Below are positions 41,113 to 55,479 of a stretch of 64,000 bases of DNA, piece by piece (within the stretch, counting starts at the first letter, position 1; every line of letters begins with the position of its first letter). Under the pieces are notes generated by a model, which saw nothing but the letters and a program-made list of their open reading frames with translations, had not been told where the DNA came from and did not search any database. A program made the translations under genes and the position numbers. Source of the DNA: the human T2T-CHM13v2.0 reference genome, Homo sapiens. The stretch is taken from the NCBI RefSeq assembly GCF_009914755.1, contig NC_060927.1. One strand, written 5' to 3'.

Positions 41113-41497
41113 ATTATTATTATTATACTTTAAGTTCTGGGATACATGTGCAGAATGTGCAGGTTTGTTACATAGATGTACACATGCCATGGTGGTTTGC
41201 TGCACCCATCAACCCGTCACCTACATTAGGTATTTCTCCTGATGCTGTCCCTCTGCTAGCACCCCTACCCCTGACAGGCCCTGGTGTGTGATTTTCCCCT
41301 CCCTTCGTCCATGTGTTCTGATTGTTCAACTCCTACTTACACTTGAGAATGTGCAGTGTTTGGTTTTCTCTTCCTGTGTTAGTTTGCTGAGAATGATGAT
41401 TTCCAGCTTCATCCATGTCCCTGCAAAGGACATGAACTCATCCTTTTTTATGGCTGCATAGTATTCCATGGTGTATATGTGCCACATTTTCTTTATC
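41113..41497 (-). mobile_element. 5'-truncated L1PA7-type 3' end
   Basis: Closely matches 10950-11320; TSD tatgttt (41106-12 / 41498-504). Confidence 0.93.
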
Positions 41498-42494
41498 TAT
41501 GTTTTAAGCATAAATAATAAAGCGCTGATAATCTGTAAACTTTACTTGAATCTATTTAAAGTATTTCTTGGTCCTTTCATGGTAATCTTCTTTAATCTTT
41601 CCTTAAAATAACCCTATTGACTAACATATTATAAATATTTTCCTACTGTGTGTCATGTGAGCTCCAGTGTTTTTACCAATTCACACATGTAGAGAGGAAC
41701 CTTCCCCCCACCATAAACCAGTAAACTAGCAAAAATCAGTAGTCTGTAATGTGGAATACTGGTTTTAGAAGAAATTCTATTTTGTTTGTGTAATCAGTTC
41801 ATTTTATTGTCAGCCAATTTTCTACTCTTTCAGAGATTATTATTATTTAAAACAAATTCACTTGCTACATAGTCTTTTCAAACCACAATTTATTCATTTA
41901 TATTTTTTCACAATTTATTTTTAAAAAATCAGAACAAACCAAAAACAGTTGCCCAACTACAGTACAAAAGAAATGCATTGTAAATTCAGAGCCACATTTT
42001 AAAAATGAAATTTGAAATTATTTTAAATTATAGTTAAGTGCAATGAAACAAGATATGCATAATTTTGGAAACAGGGAAAAATAGTTGCATGTAGAGACTG
42101 GGCCCTATTTTGGATAACATAGAACTTAGTCACTCAATTATGATTTTTGAAACAGTTTCAGAACAGTTGATTAAAAATTAGGCCCATCTACTCATTCTTT
42201 CTGTTTATGTTAGTGCATGTAATATATTAGTATAGCACAGTTTTTTTTTTAATTAAAAAAGACCTATCATGTTTAATATCAGGAGAGGTTAGGATTCTTT
42301 TAGGGTGTGTAGTAAATTATTGTTTTTAAATATTATGGCTGAATATGTCACATTCAAAAAACATACATTAAAATTATCTAATAGAATCAAATGATGCAAA
42401 AATATGGAGTGTATGTGTGTTAGTATGCATTAGAAAAGGAGTAAAGTGGGAGATTATGAAAGATGGGTCTGGGATTATTATCTAGAGAATGGTA

Positions 42495-43100
42495 AAATCT
42501 GTTACCTCTTGCCTGGACTGTTAACATAATTACTTAATTGGTCTCCCCTTTCCAGGCTCTTAGCCACTTCAAGCCCTCTTACATTCTTGTCTGAGGAATT
42601 CATGAAGTACAGCTTTGCTTATGTCCTTTCCACCCCATTCAGTGGCTCTTTCTGGCTTACAAAAGGAAGTAGACAATCTGTAATACAGTATTTGAAACCT
42701 TCCCCAAGCTAGACTTTTCTAGGTGCTCTTTCAAACTTGTTTCCTGCTGCTCTTATTACAGATGTATTACTTGTCACTGATGCCCCAATGTATGATATTT
42801 CCTCTACCTAGATATCTTTTCCAACTCTTCATGTATAAATTTAGCTTCTTTTTTGAAGCTATTACCTGATACTTCTAAATGGAAATAGTCCCCTTGTCTT
42901 TAAAATTACCAGAACTCTTTATCTGAATGTCTTTTGTGACACTCTTTGCCCTATAACCTTATATTCTATTAATAGCTATTTATATGCGTGCCTTGTTTCC
43001 TTTCTTAGGATAGGTTTCTAGTTCATTTTGTGTTTCCACTGTCCCATAGCACAGAGCACATGAGAGGTCTCACCATACAGTAGGTGAATAAATATACAAA
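42495..43100 (+). mobile_element. L2 3' region
   Basis: ctcttgcctggact...ggtctccc...cagtggctc...ttcattttgtgtttcc...tagcacagagc. Confidence 0.65.
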
Positions 43101-43414
43101 TGAGCTATTCTGAAATTTGGTATAAAATATATTCAAGGTGAGACCACTTCTGCCTGCCTTGCCTTGCCTTCTTCTTCCTTCATCATTCTTCTTCCTTCCC
43201 TCCCCCTGCTCCTATTTCTTTTGTCTCATCCATTATTACCTTTTTTCTCCTAGCTTAGAAAACAATGAATTAATTGTTCTGCTTTCTCTTTTGCATCTAT
43301 GTCTACACATACTGTATTTCTGACCTAGATATCTAGCTCTTCTACAACAATTTCAGAAAGTAGGTATACTCTGTTATTATTCTAAGAAAAACAAAAGGGA
43401 CTTCTTATTTAATT

Positions 43415-43703
43415 AATTATTTTTTTTTTTTGAGACAGGCTTTTGCTCTGTCACCCAGGCTGGAGTATAGTAGTGCAATCATGACTCACTGCAGCCTCAA
43501 CTTCTTGGGCTTAAGCAATTCTCCCAAGTAGCTGGGACCAAAGATGTATGCCACCACACCTGTCTATTTTTTTTCTATATTTTTGTAGACACAGGGTCTC
43601 ACTATGTAGCCTAGGCTAGTCTCAAGCTTCTGAGCTGAAGTGACCCTCCTATCTCAGCCTCCCAAAGTACTGGGATTACAGGCATGAGCCACTGCACCCA
43701 CCC
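43415..43703 (-). mobile_element. AluJ
   Basis: Perfect 13-bp TSD ttcttatttaatt (43402-14 / 43705-17). Confidence 0.92.
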
Positions 43704-43884
43704 ATTCTTATTTAATTTTTGATGACTTCTAATGGGAGAAGCACATTATCTATTTTCATTTTCCATCTCTATTATAGTAAAATCATTTGTTGTATCTGAA
43801 AACAAGCAGGAATGACAAAGTTTTCCTTCAGTCCCTGGATTATTTAGGTCACTTTCATTCTGGCTACCAAATGGTAGAATGCAT

Positions 43885-44050
43885 GCTAACCCTGACATTA
43901 CTAGTACTTCCTAACTTCATAGCTTAACATTGTCGGGACCTTACATGAGATATTTAACCTCTGGGAACTGCAGTTTCCTGATTTGTACTATGAGGCTAAT
44001 AAGAATACCTCATGGGATTGCCATGAGGATAAAAGCTACATATTATTGTG
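43885..44050 (+). mobile_element. MIR
   Basis: tatttaacctctggg...cagtttcctgatttgta...aatacctcatgggattg. Confidence 0.65.
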
Positions 44051-44834
44051 AGAGTTAATGGTAGACGTTGTAATTACCTTTGAACAGGCCACTGAGGAGA
44101 GGATTCTACTGATAGTACTAATTGTCTTCCTAAACAAACAGCAGCAGTCCTGTTGAGACATCTTCTCTCCTTACTTGAAAATTTATAATATGCCACTTTA
44201 GTTTTATAAACATTTGCTATAGCTATGAAATTTTTAACTTGAGCTTAAGCAACTTAAAATTGAGTTATAAAAGCAATATTGTCAGGTTAACATAGGAACT
44301 GCCTAAGACCTCTAGCCCTTGATGGGTGATAAGAAAACTAAATTGTATAGAATCTATTATTACTTATCTAATTTGCTATAAATAACACTGATAATACACT
44401 CTTTCTTAAGTGTACTATGTATGTTGAGTATATTTTTAAAAGAATAAGGGCTCTCATGGGTACATTGATGTTGTGGATCTGTTATCCCCGCTTTTTCCTT
44501 GAAATATTTTCTTTTTGTGAACAAGTTGTTTAGAAATAACCCTGTGATTATGCAGGTGTTGCTGGTCTTGAGACCCTGTCCAGGATTATATGCCCAAGGG
44601 AACAAAGGACAGTAGCTTTTTATGCCATCCATTGCACTTGAGTGCCCTTTTCCCCAGTGTATATGAAATGAACTATTTGGAAAATGGATAATTTAAAAAT
44701 AGAAGTATCAGTTAACTAACAGTCAGATAACATTAGCAGTTATCTTGAAGTCACTGGCAAAAACAGAGTTTAAAAAAACTCTGGAAAAGGTTGTGGTTGA
44801 TTGGTAAATGAGAATGTGTATTAGTATATGTAAA

Positions 44835-45002
44835 CCAACCTGTGGTCTTCAGAGTAGCCATCATTAGAATCATCTGGGGAGCCTTTAAAATACACTTATG
44901 CCTGGGACCCAGCCAAAACTATCTAAATAAGAATTTCTGGGAGTGGAGGCTGGATGTAGGAATTTTTTATTTATAATATACAGTCATGGTCAAGGACCAG
45001 TG
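44835..45002. mobile_element. MER5-family (hAT-Charlie)
   Basis: cattagaatcatctggggagcctttaaaatacac...gcctggg...agaatttctgggagtgg. Confidence 0.7.
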
Positions 45003-45644
45003 ACTAAGCTTTACAGTATTGTCAAGTGATGTGATAGCTGGACACCCAGAAATGCCCTTCTGTCTCTTATTCATTCTACAAACATTTATTTGAAATGCTT
45101 AGGTTGCCAAAATATATAATTCCTAATCAAGAACAGTAGACAGACTTGTAGAAATTATCTATAATATAGCTTGGGAGGTGCTGAATTCACTACTGTGAGT
45201 TTATTCTACTTGGCAAGAAAAGAAGGGAGGGAAAGTGAAAGAAAACTTCTTTAGTAAGTGACATTTGAAAAGGGTCACTTCTCATAATCAAATTTAACCT
45301 ATTAAAATGATTTACTTTTAATATCAACTCCTTTTAAAAACAGATGCCCAGTTTCTTAATGGTAAGTGAAATGAACATGAGTTGATTCTTACTTTGGCCT
45401 GAGGAAAGCTTTGTCACAGCTACTCTAGGAGCTACTGTTTCTTGAACACAATTTCCCAAGTGAAGGTACGGCTTGGGCAGGGAGTTTTGAGTACCTGCAT
45501 AAGGTCATGTAGCTAGCGGGTGAGAGAGCTGCAATGAACACAGGTCTCATTGGTTCCTGGATATGTGTTCTTTCATTGCACTAAACTATACTATAGTCCA
45601 GTGAAAGAGGCTTCGTTTGGGTTAATTCATTAAAGGAGATTTGC

Positions 45645-45952
<308 letters not shown>

Positions 45953-46194
45953 TTACTAGAGGCTTTGTTGGGTTAGTTCATTAAAGGAGGTTTTAACTTG
46001 ATGGTGAGCTGGCAAACTCTGACAAAGGAAATGTTGAAGGAACAGGAGAAAAGGATGCTTTCAAGCATCTCTGGAGAAATTGACCTGAGTGATGGGAACC
46101 AGGGGTTGCAAGGTAAAGAACGTGCTAGGAGAGTGAGAGCAGCCTGGTCATTTTCCTTTTCTGAGTACCAGACCATAATTGAGGCCCCTGTATA

Positions 46195-46360
46195 TATTCC
46201 CCCATTTAATATTCACGTTATCCCTAGCCTGGTATTCTTATCCTCATTTTCATAGAAGAGGAGGTTACAATTCAATGAGGTTTAATAATTAACCCAAAGT
46301 CTCACTGTTCATAAATATCAAAGTTGGGATTTGAACAAGCAACTTTCTGATTTCACTTCA
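46195..46360 (-). mobile_element. MIR
   Basis: atcctcattttcatagaagagga...gaggtttaataattaacccaaagtc...gggatttgaac. Confidence 0.65.
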
Positions 46361-49159
46361 TGTGATTTTTAACCATTGAGCTGGGACTGTATTGCTCTTT
46401 CCATGTCAACTCCTGGGACTGTTTCTCTGTGCTTGTCTCTAAGGCTTGTGTATATGAGAAGCTTACAAGCTTAGGATACAGATACCTCTAACAGGTGACC
46501 ATATTGTTTACTTAGGTGGGAGCAGAGCCACAAATTTGTACTTGGATAACAGTAGTAAGCAGTTAACTGAGAAAAGGAGGAAATGGTAGAAGACTAGAGG
46601 AGAGAAAAATATATTTGAATGAAGAAAAAAATGGGGCTATAGTATGTCAGTTTATGGACCCTGAAAGAGATGCAAAAGGAATGTTTGAGAGCTGTTTTAT
46701 TGGACAGAATATCCTATATTCTGAAATATAGTCAGGACTCATTCACTTGGTAAACACTTATGGGGTTTTCTTGGCCTGATATAGACTGTGGGCATGAGCC
46801 TCCTTCTGGAGGCTGTCACCAGGGAAGGAAGATGTGTAAACAGTGCCCAGTATTAGGAGAGGAACATGTACAAAATACAAAGGAAGATACAACAACTATT
46901 TCTAATAAAAGCCACCTGTTTTCAGCACAGGTAGAGAGTGTAGAAATCACAGATATATTCCTTTACTCACTTAATGCACCCGAGCAGAGTGTTTAGCAGA
47001 TCCAGGCTTTCAGCCTAAATGTTGTTGGTGTGATAGCAAGAAAAAAAAAAAAATCGTGTGACAACCTTCTGTGCTTTCCCCTCTCACGTTCACATTCTGG
47101 TTTGTTAAAAAAAAAACTGTGTTGCCATGGCTGACGCTCCTGTGAGGCCCAACATCTCCATACTTTTCATCTTAACTAAGCACTTAAGAATATGCACTAC
47201 AGCTTCTGATTGCCATTTAGAACAGAGCACCTTGTGATGACTAAGCTCTTTCAAGTATCTATGCTTAACGTGATGGCTTCAATACCCTTTTGCTATATAG
47301 ACTCATCTGTAGATACTTGGTACAAGTTCCATAGTTTATAGTTGTCATCTATTTTTATTTGTATGTTTATTGTTAATATGGATCTTTTTCTGAAAAACTA
47401 TTCAAGGATACTAGACACATACTGTATATGAAATGATTCTAAAAATTCTGAGACTTTTCTATTTTATTCTCAGTGGTAATTTTTAGGTAGTTTGTTGAGT
47501 GTTACTTTAGCTATTTGGGGAACTGCCCTAGAAAACCAGTGGAATTCTCTAGGTATGGGGGTGGAGTGCAGAGGAGGAGACAGGCTCAGATAACCTGTGT
47601 TGTGATACTGCTTTTTTTTGCCTCAAGAGATTTTCTTTACCCTTACTGCTTATGCTGTTGCAGTCCATCCAATAGAAACATGTTCTGGGCTCATGAGCCA
47701 ATTTGTCTTTCCCCTCGCTGCTGCCTCAAGTCTGGGAGAGCTGATGGCAGTGCACAATTTTAGCAAATGGTCATAGGCAGGGGGGTGGGGCAGGGAGGGG
47801 AGTGTTTTCTCCATGGGGACAGAGCCAGTGTCATTGAGCACATTTTGTTCAAGTACAAAGTTGATCTGTCTGAAGGAGACTGTGGTCAGCAGTGGTGAGA
47901 ACCTTTATTGCCTCACCTTTTCTTCGTGCTCTGTCATTGTTTATGTGAAGCAGTAGCATTTAATGGCTGGACTTGAGGCAGAATTTGTGAGGTCAGAAAT
48001 TGACAGTATTTGTTTTTCAGTTAGGGAATCTCACAGATTTAGAAAGGAGTGCCAATGAAAAATTGGGAAAAAGAAAGGGTCTTTGTATTTGGCAAAGACA
48101 ATGCAGAGCAGTGTAATATATACTAATTTCTGCATGTAAATGGCAGCCAAAATTTTACACATCTGCTACAGTTTAGAAAATTATTTAAGCACTAATTATA
48201 TGCATAATATATGCTGTCCCATCTAGAAGGCTGAGTAGACTTCAATGGAAGAGTTACAGTGGAAATATTGACATAGGTTGTTGGAAACATATTACATAAT
48301 ATTATACTTTGAAATTTATCATGACTGAATAAGTGTTATCACTTTAGAGATACTTTACTTTATTTGTAGGGATATGTGGGATCTAGCAGGTACAAATACA
48401 ACAAATGCCTCATATAAATACTAAGTAATGATGTTATTATTCTCAAGCTGACTTAACCAAAATGTTTTTCCTCTCTGATTTCCTTTAGTTACTTTTATAT
48501 TTCTCAATAAAGACTTGCCCCTTAAAACATACCATCCTATATTACTGTCTAACTTTATATCTTTAATTTTATGTGTTTGTATGTATGTTTACATATATAT
48601 GTATGTATATATACACACACAAAGATATATAACTTTTTCATTATATAATAGTTTTTAAATTATTTTATATCTAAATATAATATATAACTATATATAATTA
48701 ATTTTTCATTATTTGTGTTATATCCAAATTGAAGAGGCATGTCAGTGAAATATATAGATAATCCAAGAACCTCTTGCTTCACTAGGTTTCTTATTGAAGT
48801 AGATAATATGAAGCAATATTTTAACTTCTTTGGTGTTCCATTTCTTAAAAATATTGTTGATACTGTAAGACAGGTTCCTCTGAGGAAAAAAAAATGACAA
48901 GTAAATTGAAATTTACAAAAGCATCTAAATTTTTCCCATTACACTTTGGAAATGCTATGTGGATTAGTCTTCTCCAAATTCAGTTGCTTACATTATGAAA
49001 TATCTTCTCCTTTGCAGAACTCAAAAGGGTTGAAGACTTCCATTTGGTTCTGACCTAGAGTCATCTGTTTCTAGTATTAGCAGTCAATGATTAAACAAAA
49101 GCAAAACAACTTACAGATGATCAAGTGGGATACACTTGGTACAAATACATATCCCTACA

Positions 49160-49360
49160 GTAATGATTAGGAGCACCTAGTTTGTAGTTAAACTGCCTGG
49201 GTTCAGTCACTTGTTTTGTCGTACTTAAGTATTCAGAAAAACTGAAATGTTACAAACAACCCTTCCCAGTAATACTGAGAGAGGATTAAGGGAATTAACA
49301 TTGGTAAAGTTTTGAAAACAGTACCTGGAATATAGGAAGCACTATGTAAGTTTTATTATT
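49160..49360 (+). mobile_element. MIR
   Basis: actgcctgggttca...gaggattaa...aacagtacctggaatataggaagcactatgtaa. Confidence 0.7.
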
Positions 49361-50948
49361 CCTGTGTTATAATAAAAATATACCTTTTGGTTTTTAGTCA
49401 GTACTTCCTGAAGGGAAGGAGAGATTTAAAGTTGGAGCATTTTTGCTTTGTAAATGTACTAGGAACTAGTCTTAAACTATGTTTAAGCAGTCTGTAAAGA
49501 ACTGCTTAAATAAGTCTTTCAAGAGATTGTTAGAAGAAAAATTGGATGCATTTGACTTAAGAAGTTTACCTCTGTTTTATCCCCAGGAAAGCTCTAGAAA
49601 TTTAATAGAGACAGTCATACTGTAAATCCACCTAGTAATGGTACAATGATAAATTGGATAAATATTTATAACACATTTTGTGTTTCTCCACTGAAAGGCA
49701 TGCTCTACACATAGAGCGCTAACATTTATTATGTAAATGTTAGGGCTTTTAACTATTAGCCAAGATTGAAAAGTGTCTGATTTGGATGTCATAAAACTTC
49801 AGAAGTATTTCAGCTACAAACAGTTTAGAAATCTGATTGTTGCTGTACTGAAAAAATAATGAAGCAATTTAAAAATAATAGAAACATAGTGATCTGCCAT
49901 TTCCAGTTTCATGATGCTATAAAAAAAGCAGCCAACAAATGTTGGAGTGTTCAATGATGCTGGCACCTACCAAATGTCACTGGGCTTTCACAAGGTCATA
50001 GAGACTCTGGTTTGGCTCAGGGATGGTGGTCAGATCTGTCTTTGGAGCCTATGAAGACTATGGAATAGTGGCAGACAATAGGTGCAGTTAAGCCCTGCAT
50101 AGCATTAACCTCAGCAGTGGTGATACACTTTTCTAAGATTCTCTGGGATAGAGGAGGCCATAGGTATGAAAAAAAAGTGAGACTTTCTTTTTACAGCATC
50201 CCATCACAAGCAACTCTAAATAGAAGAGCCTTATAGGCCCACTCTGAGGAGATTAAGATTTCTTCAGATGACTATCAGCTAAAATTGTGTGCTGAAATAA
50301 CTGCTACTGCAACAGTTGTATGTGTATCTGATTTCTCACAGGCAAAAGCTGCTGGAGAAAAAAGTGGTATTTTTTGTCACAAGAATGTGTGTGTGATTTG
50401 TTGCCTTTTTCCCTTTCTCAGCCCTCTCAGTGGCAGCTACTTTGACTCTCATGCATTACATAATGTTCTGTAGAAGTGTAGAGTTTCAGTTATGCCATTT
50501 TCAAGATGATTAATGGGAATTGTGCAATTAAAGCTCTTAGGTTCTCTGGGGAAAAAAAAGTCATAGTATCCCAGTGTTTGAGTGGGGGTGTGTTGATATT
50601 GCGTCAATAGTGAGGATATTTTGGGATATCGTAAATGTCGCTATTGGTTTCAGTATCTGAGAATCTTCACCATTAAACTTAGGAGTGTTCTACAAAATAG
50701 TGCCTAGAACAGCTATTGAATACTCAAGAGGGCTGTTTAAGTAGCTAGAAAAGTCTAACCTAAAATCCCATTTGTGATTAGATTATGCACTGATGAAAAA
50801 ATGTTTAATGCCGTTAAAAAGAATCTATTACATTATATTCTTTCAGGCCATGGTAAAGTTACAAATTTGAACTCAATAGGCTGTGTGTGTATTTGTATGT
50901 GTGTATTTTTCTTTCTTTTATTGGCAGTCTCAATAATTGTTAAGCCAC

Positions 50949-50980
50949 TGTGTGTGTGTGTGTGTGTGTGTGTTTGTGTG
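50949..50980. repeat. (TG)n microsatellite
   Basis: Direct reading. Confidence 0.95.
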
Positions 50981-51601
50981 AACTTTTCACAGGACCAGGA
51001 AAGGGGAAAAATCTACATTTGTTTTATATTGTGTTTCATTTGAAAACATGTTTTATATCTGTGGTAAAGTAATTGAAAGAAACTGGGATTATATCAGTGG
51101 AAATATGTTCTTTTTTTTTTTTTTTTTTTTTTTTTTAGTTTGTTTCACTGGTACGAAAAAAATCTCCCAGCTCTTGTGGTTGAATTGAGCTCCATGCATT
51201 TGCTGTTACGCTGATTGGGTGAATAAATAGCAATTTACATCTAGAAAGTTAAGCTTTAAATATTGATTAGGATTGCTATATCTACCTTAATTTAGAAGAC
51301 TAGAGATTGCTTGCCTAGCAAAATAAGAGAATTGCCTCATTTTTTCACCTTCTGTGGGGATGCTAGGCATTTGTTGCTGGTGTTACCTGAAAGACCAATG
51401 AAGAAATCAAAACAGTAGAAGTTGTGTTTGATTTAAAGAATAGTTTCTTGCCTTTAAAGATGGTAAAACTATGAAATAAGTACAAGGGTGCTATGATACT
51501 AAACACAGACAATTATGTAATAAAAAAATCCTATTTACTTATTTAGGTTAAAGAGTCATGAATATTTGAGAATTTAAACATTAATAGAAAAATTAGTGTT
51601 A

Positions 51602-52055
51602 CTACAATAGCAAAGACATGGAATTAACCCAAATGCCCATCAATGATAGACTGGATAGAGAAAATGTGATATCCCTACACCATGGAATACTATGCAGCCA
51701 TAAAAAGAAACATAGTTACATCCTTTGCAGGGACATGAATGGAGCTGGAAGGCATTTTCCTCAGCAAACTAATGTAGAAACAGAAAAACAAACACCACAT
51801 GTTCCCACTTATAAGTGGGAGCTGAACAATGAGAACACCTGGACACGAGGGGAACAACATACACTGGAGTTTGTTGGGGAGGGCGAGGCAAGAGATTGAG
51901 GGGGATTGGGATAGCAGTAGGAAAAATAGTGCATGCTGGGGTTAATACCTAGGTGATGGATTGATAGGTGCGGCAAACCATTCACTGTGGCACATGTTTT
52001 CCTATGTAACAAACCTTCACATCCTGCACAGGTACCCCAGAACTTAAAACAAAAA
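51602..52055 (+). mobile_element. 5'-truncated older L1PA (about L1PA10-13) 3' end
   Basis: caatagcaaagacatggaa...gtaacaaacc...gtaccccagaacttaaaa; TSD core tagtgtta (51594-601 / 52060-67). Confidence 0.88.
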
Positions 52056-52626
52056 ACAATAGTGTTAATATGAAAATATATTTCCTCCATAGTTTAACAT
52101 ATGATTTAAACATAGTAGATACATAATATTTACTTATTAACAGGATATATACTATGTATATTTACTCTGTGGTATAGTATACTACTTGTAAAACAAATAA
52201 CAGCATCAAAACAGTGAAATCTCCCTAGAGACTTTTCAAAGAAAAAAATGAATGTAATGTATCTGTTATAACTACTCTAAAAATTTTAGGCTTTATTTTA
52301 TAGTGCTATAAAAGCTCTTAAGAGTTTATTCAAATAAAACATGAAATATAAATTATGTCATATATCCTAAGTTTTGAATTTGTAACACAAGCAAAATCTG
52401 TTTGTAATACATATGCTGCTGTTAGAAATAGGTGCATAATTGGGGTGAGTATATAAGTGTGTATTTATGCATAATTATACACTGTTATATTTGGTATTAT
52501 GATAACTATTGTTATAACTGGTTATGATAAAATCTGGTATACTAGATACTGGTATAACTGGTATTTTGTTATGATATCCCAGGCAGATGAATACAGCCCC
52601 CCACTAAATTCCATGAGGTGTAAAGT

Positions 52627-52857
52627 GGCGGTTGGCTCTCAACAAAGGGTGATGCTGTCCTCCCTCCTCCCCGCCAAGACATGTCTCAATATCTGGAGAC
52701 ATTTTGGTTTATCAGAACTGAGGGTAGGGGTAATATAGGCATTTAGTGGTTGTAAGTTAAGGATGCTGCTAAACATAGTACAATGCACAGGACAACTCCC
52801 ACAACAAAAATATATCTAGCCCAAAATGTCAGTAGTGCTGAGGTTGAGAAATTGTGA
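52627..52857 (+). mobile_element. MER20
   Basis: tctggagacattttgg...ggatgctgctaaacat...caatgcacaggaca...aaaatgtcagtagtgctgaggttgagaaa. Confidence 0.88.
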
Positions 52858-54876
52858 ACATCTTTTTAGGATGTATGTGCTCTTGTAAGCTAACCCAAGT
52901 CCTTTACGGAAACAAGTGAGTTATCAGGAAATATACATTTAAGAGCAACAATATACTTCGTGTTAGATGCAGTTATTTTCAGTACTTGCAAAAGCCAGTA
53001 AACTGTGATTCTTAGAGTGAATCAAACTCATATCTACCAAATGAAAACATAACCCTGAAGTATATATGTGTGCATGCATATTTATATTTGTATGTATGTG
53101 AAGTATAATTTTCTCTTAAAATCATTCACCTTATAAGCTGCCATAAATTTTCTAACACTAGATACTTGTAATTTTTAAATAAATATTTTATATACGTGTA
53201 TGTGTTTGTGTGTGTGTGTTTATTCACCCAGGCATTAGAATTGATAACTAAAAAGCATGGCAGAGCCATAAAAAACATTTTTTGCAAGTGTGAAATAATA
53301 TGGCTTGACTGCCAATGTTACTATTTTTGGCAAAAATTTTCTGAAATATTTGTATCATCTTAGCTGAAAAAAAAAAAAATGGTAAGAATTTTCAATAGCT
53401 AACTACCAAACTTGTTAGCCAGAGTTTCTGGGCAATATCTGAGCAATGAATACCCAGAAAGTGCTCCAAAAACATTTGCATATATCAGCTATCCCAAAAG
53501 GAAATCTTGGTTTTAACAATTTAAATAAATAATTATAGCTTGAACAGTCTTACCAGAAAACCATAATGAAAATTTGAAAAGACTTATGAATATAAGCTAG
53601 TAGCCCTGTACTTTTCCCATTGCTCCTTTATTTCCAGAGTCTACTTAAATAGAACTTGGTAATTGTAATCCTGCCACATAGTTACCATTTGGCTGCTTAA
53701 TAACATGTGTCTTTAGACTCTGACTCCACAAATCACAGTATTCCTTTTAAGTAGAAGAAATATAATTAAAAATGGAAAATTAGTTTTCATTTGGGATTTT
53801 GATATTTTTTGCTTTATTAAGTCCAACCAACTTCTAATCGTTTTGTTTTCAATTAGCTAGTTTGTAATTGCATTGCACATAGCTAGAAAATAGCTTTCTC
53901 ATATTTCTAACTTACCATCTCTAGTTTCATTTAGTTTTATTCTTATTTTGATTGGCTATTAATTACCTAGCTTCCATTATATAATTTATATCTTACTATA
54001 TATATCACATATGCAGTTTATATATATACTATATTTGTACATATGTAATGTAAAGGTATACTGTATTAAACTGTAATGTTTATAAATGAATCATACATTT
54101 ATTTGGAGGATTAAACACTTAATCTAAATGTATATTTTCCCTTATTATAGCCACAAAAAAATTATAGCAGTTTGAAAGACTAATGAGATAATTCTTAAAT
54201 TCACAATCGAACAACTTACAACTTCAGAAATTACTCGATGAATTTATTGAATGACTGTTATTGGTCTCATACAGGTTTTTAAGACTACAAGGGGGAAATT
54301 TTGCCTTTTTTGGACAGATTACTTTTAATTGAAAAGTACAGAAAAAATATTACAAAAAATGAACTTGGTGTAGACCAATATTTTATTAATTTTCCTTCTT
54401 TCCCTTAAAATATATACTGCATATATTGCAATGATGTCTTTGGAATCTTTGTTGGATTAATTCTATTTTAAAAGCCTCCTTGAATGGAGCCTAAGGGATC
54501 TATTAGGCTGGGGCAAAAGTTTTGCCATTAATGGCAAAAACCTCAATTACTTTTCCCCAACCTAATACTATGTAGGCTCTATAGAGTGGCCTGCTAGTCA
54601 GCAGGACAGCTCTCCAAAAGTAAGATTTCAGTGTAATCAACAAAAGCAAGGCACAGAAACGTAACGTTGTAAAAAATGTGTTACAATGAGACTTTTTCTT
54701 GGTGTATGTGGCAAATACACATTGATTAAGAGCCAAGCTTTTATTACATTATTGATGACTGATATGCATTGTCACTGGGTTTTGCTACCTGTATTATTTT
54801 TAGAGCGTTTAACAGATACGCTGCTAAATTGAGCAACTGCTGCTTGTTATTAGCTTGAGAACTTAGAAGAGGAAAG

Positions 54877-55085
54877 TAACTAATATTTATTGGCTGCCTA
54901 TTACGACAGGTGCCATTTGTGAGGATGGCCTGTAGTCTTACTAATCTTCATACATCACCAATGAGATGTTATTGTTACTATTATATAGAAAAGATGTGAC
55001 CACTCAGAGAATTTCACTAACTTCCACAAGGTCACACAGCAAATAAGTAACATAGCTACAATTTGAACAAAGCTCTATTTGATAA
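54877..55085 (-). mobile_element. MIR
   Basis: ctaatatttattg...caaggtcacacagcaaataagt...atttgaac. Confidence 0.7.
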
Positions 55086-55140
55086 AATTATACAGTTATC
55101 TCAATAGTTGGAGCTACCTGTACCTATCAAAACTGAAGAT

Positions 55141-55479
<339 letters not shown>

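Noticed and set aside
48570-48720. Very AT-rich (TA)-like tract
   Set aside because: Low-complexity sequence with no further structure.
49471-49510. 10-bp stem tttaagcagt/actgcttaaa with an overlapping 7-bp alternative stem
   Set aside because: Short and AT-rich; plausible by chance in 64 kb.
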